64,000 nucleotides of DNA from Squalus acanthias. Its lineage: Eukaryota. The DNA is taken from contig JASTWF010000351.1 of the NCBI GenBank assembly GCA_030390025.1, forward strand, positions 1 through 64,000, in the 5' to 3' direction. The number at the start of each line of letters is the position of its first letter. The stretch's first letter is position 1. The notes under the pieces are model-generated. The model did no database searches and was not told the origin of the DNA. It saw nothing but the letters and a program-made list of their open reading frames with translations. Of this stretch, positions 62,150-64,000 are shown piece after piece. The position numbers and the translations under genes were made by a program.

Positions 62150-64000
62150 CCTGGGCAGGGCTGGGACCGCTGTCCTAGGGGGAGTGTTTGCTAGTGCTGT
62201 TGGGGAGGATTTAAACTAATGTGGCAGGGGGTTGGGAACCTGAGCAGGGAGACAGAGGAAAGCATGTCAGGAAGGGACAGAAGGTATGGAGTAAAAGGTA
62301 AAGTGTTAAATAAGAAAAAAGCAGGAAGTAAGTGTCGCAAAACACATTTGAAAGTTCTTTATCTGAATGCACGTAGCATTCGTAACAAAATTGACGAGTT
62401 AACGGCACAAATAACTATGTATGGGTATGATCTTGTGGCCATTACAGAAACATGGCTGCAGGGTGACAACGTCTGGGAATTAAACATGACAGGGTATTTA
62501 ACAATCAGGAAGGACAGGCAGGAAGGAAGGGGAGGGGTGGCTATGTTAATAAAGGAAGGAATCACTGTAATACAGAGAAATGATATTGGGTCAAAAGATC
62601 AGGATAATGAAACAGTTTGGGTAGAGATAAGGAATAATAAGGGGAAAAAAACACTGGTGGGCGTAGTATATAGGCCTCCTAATAGTTGCAACTCTGTTGG
62701 AAGAAGTATTAATCAGGAAATAGTTGGGGCATGTAATAAGGGAACAGCTATAATTATGGGGGATTTTAACTATCATATTAACTGGACAAATCAAATTGGG
62801 CAGGGCAGCCTTGAGGAAGAGTTTATTGAGTGTCTTAGGGATGGATTTCTTGAGCAGTATGTAACTGATCCTACAAGGGGGCAAGCAACCTTAGACCTGG
62901 TACTGTGTAATGAGTCTGGATTAATTAATAATGTCCTAGTTAAGGATCCCCTTGGAATGAGTGACCATAACATGGTTGAATTCCATATCCAATTAGAGGG
63001 TGAGAAGGTTGGTTCTCAAACAAGCATACTGAGCTTGAATAAAGGAGACTATGATGGCATGAGAGCAGAATTGATTAAAGTGGACTGGGAAAATAGATTA
63101 AAGGGTAAGATGGTACATGAGCAGTGGTGTTCATTCAAGGAGTTATTTTGCAACTTTCAAAATAAATATATTCCACTGAGGAAAAAAGGGTGTAAAAGAA
63201 ATGACAGCCATCCATGGCTAAGTAAAGAAATTAAAGAAAGTATCCAACTAAAAACAAGGACATATAAGGTAGCCAAAGTTAGTGGGAGGATAGAAGATTG
63301 GAAAGTCTTCAAAAGACAACAAAAAGTAACTAAAGGATTGATTAAGAAAGGGAAAACAGACTATGAAAATAAATTAGCAAAAATATAAAAACAGATAGCA
63401 AGAGTTTCTATAGTTATATAAAAAGAAAAAGGGTGGTTAAGGCAAACGTAGGTCCCTTAGAGGATGAGACCGGGAAATTAATGGTGGGAAACATGGAGAT
63501 GGCAAAAATGCTGAACAAATATTTTGTTTCAGTCTTTACGGTAGAGGACACTAAGAATATCCCAACACTGGACAAACAGGGGGCTCTAGTGGGGGAGGAG
63601 CTAAATACGATTAAAATCACTAAGGAATTGGTACTCAGTAAAATAATGGGACTCAAGGCGGATAAATCCCCTGGACCTGATGGCTTACATCCTAGGGTCT
63701 TGAGGGAAGTGGCAGTAGGAATTGTGGATGCTTTGGTAATAATTTTCCAAAACTCCCTGAACTCAGCAAAGGTCCCGGCAGATTGGAAAACTGCTAATGT
63801 AACACCCTTATTTAAAAAGGGTTGTAGGCAGAAGGCTGGAAATTATAGACCAGTTAGCCTAACATCTGTGGTGGGTAAAATTTTGGAGTCTATTATTAAG
63901 GAGACAGTAACGGAACATTTAGATAAACATAATTTAATAGGACAAAGTCAGCATGGCTTTATGAAGGGGAAGTCATGTCTGACAAATTTGCTCGAGTTCT
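62150..64000 (+). mobile_element. Second CR1 copy starting at the ORF1 end, running off the window
   Basis: EDLN* junction, APE ORF 62219-63388, frameshift in an A-run, then RT. Confidence 0.92.

Overview
Vertebrate, repeat-dominated genomic DNA. The repeat families, the NLR exon sequences and the zinc-finger style point to a cartilaginous fish (shark); this assignment is inferred. Host genes are limited to three minus-strand LRR exons of an NLR gene (one frameshifted, no NACHT exon seen) and a C2H2 zinc-finger gene with no in-frame ATG, plus a second orphan copy of its CpG promoter. The rest is nested mobile DNA: about ten CR1 LINE copies (one near-intact), an L2 LINE, a full-length Tx1-type LINE, Penelope-like fragments carrying minimal hammerhead ribozymes, Harbinger transposon derivatives, and a defective LTR retrovirus-like element with a 4-bp TSD. 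There are also four tandem arrays (about 1.8 kb, 21 bp G-rich, 41 bp, 27 bp). Most notable: (1) all five CR1 ORF1/ORF2 junctions carry a U_UUA_AAC slippery heptamer just before the ORF1 stop, with ORF2 in the -1 frame where the linker is intact; (2) hammerhead motifs with compensatory stem changes, including fold-back pairs amplified in a tandem array; (3) a Tx1 LINE whose 5' end is repeated downstream of a TATA promoter at its 3' end; (4) a rearranged ERV with an env-like remnant.
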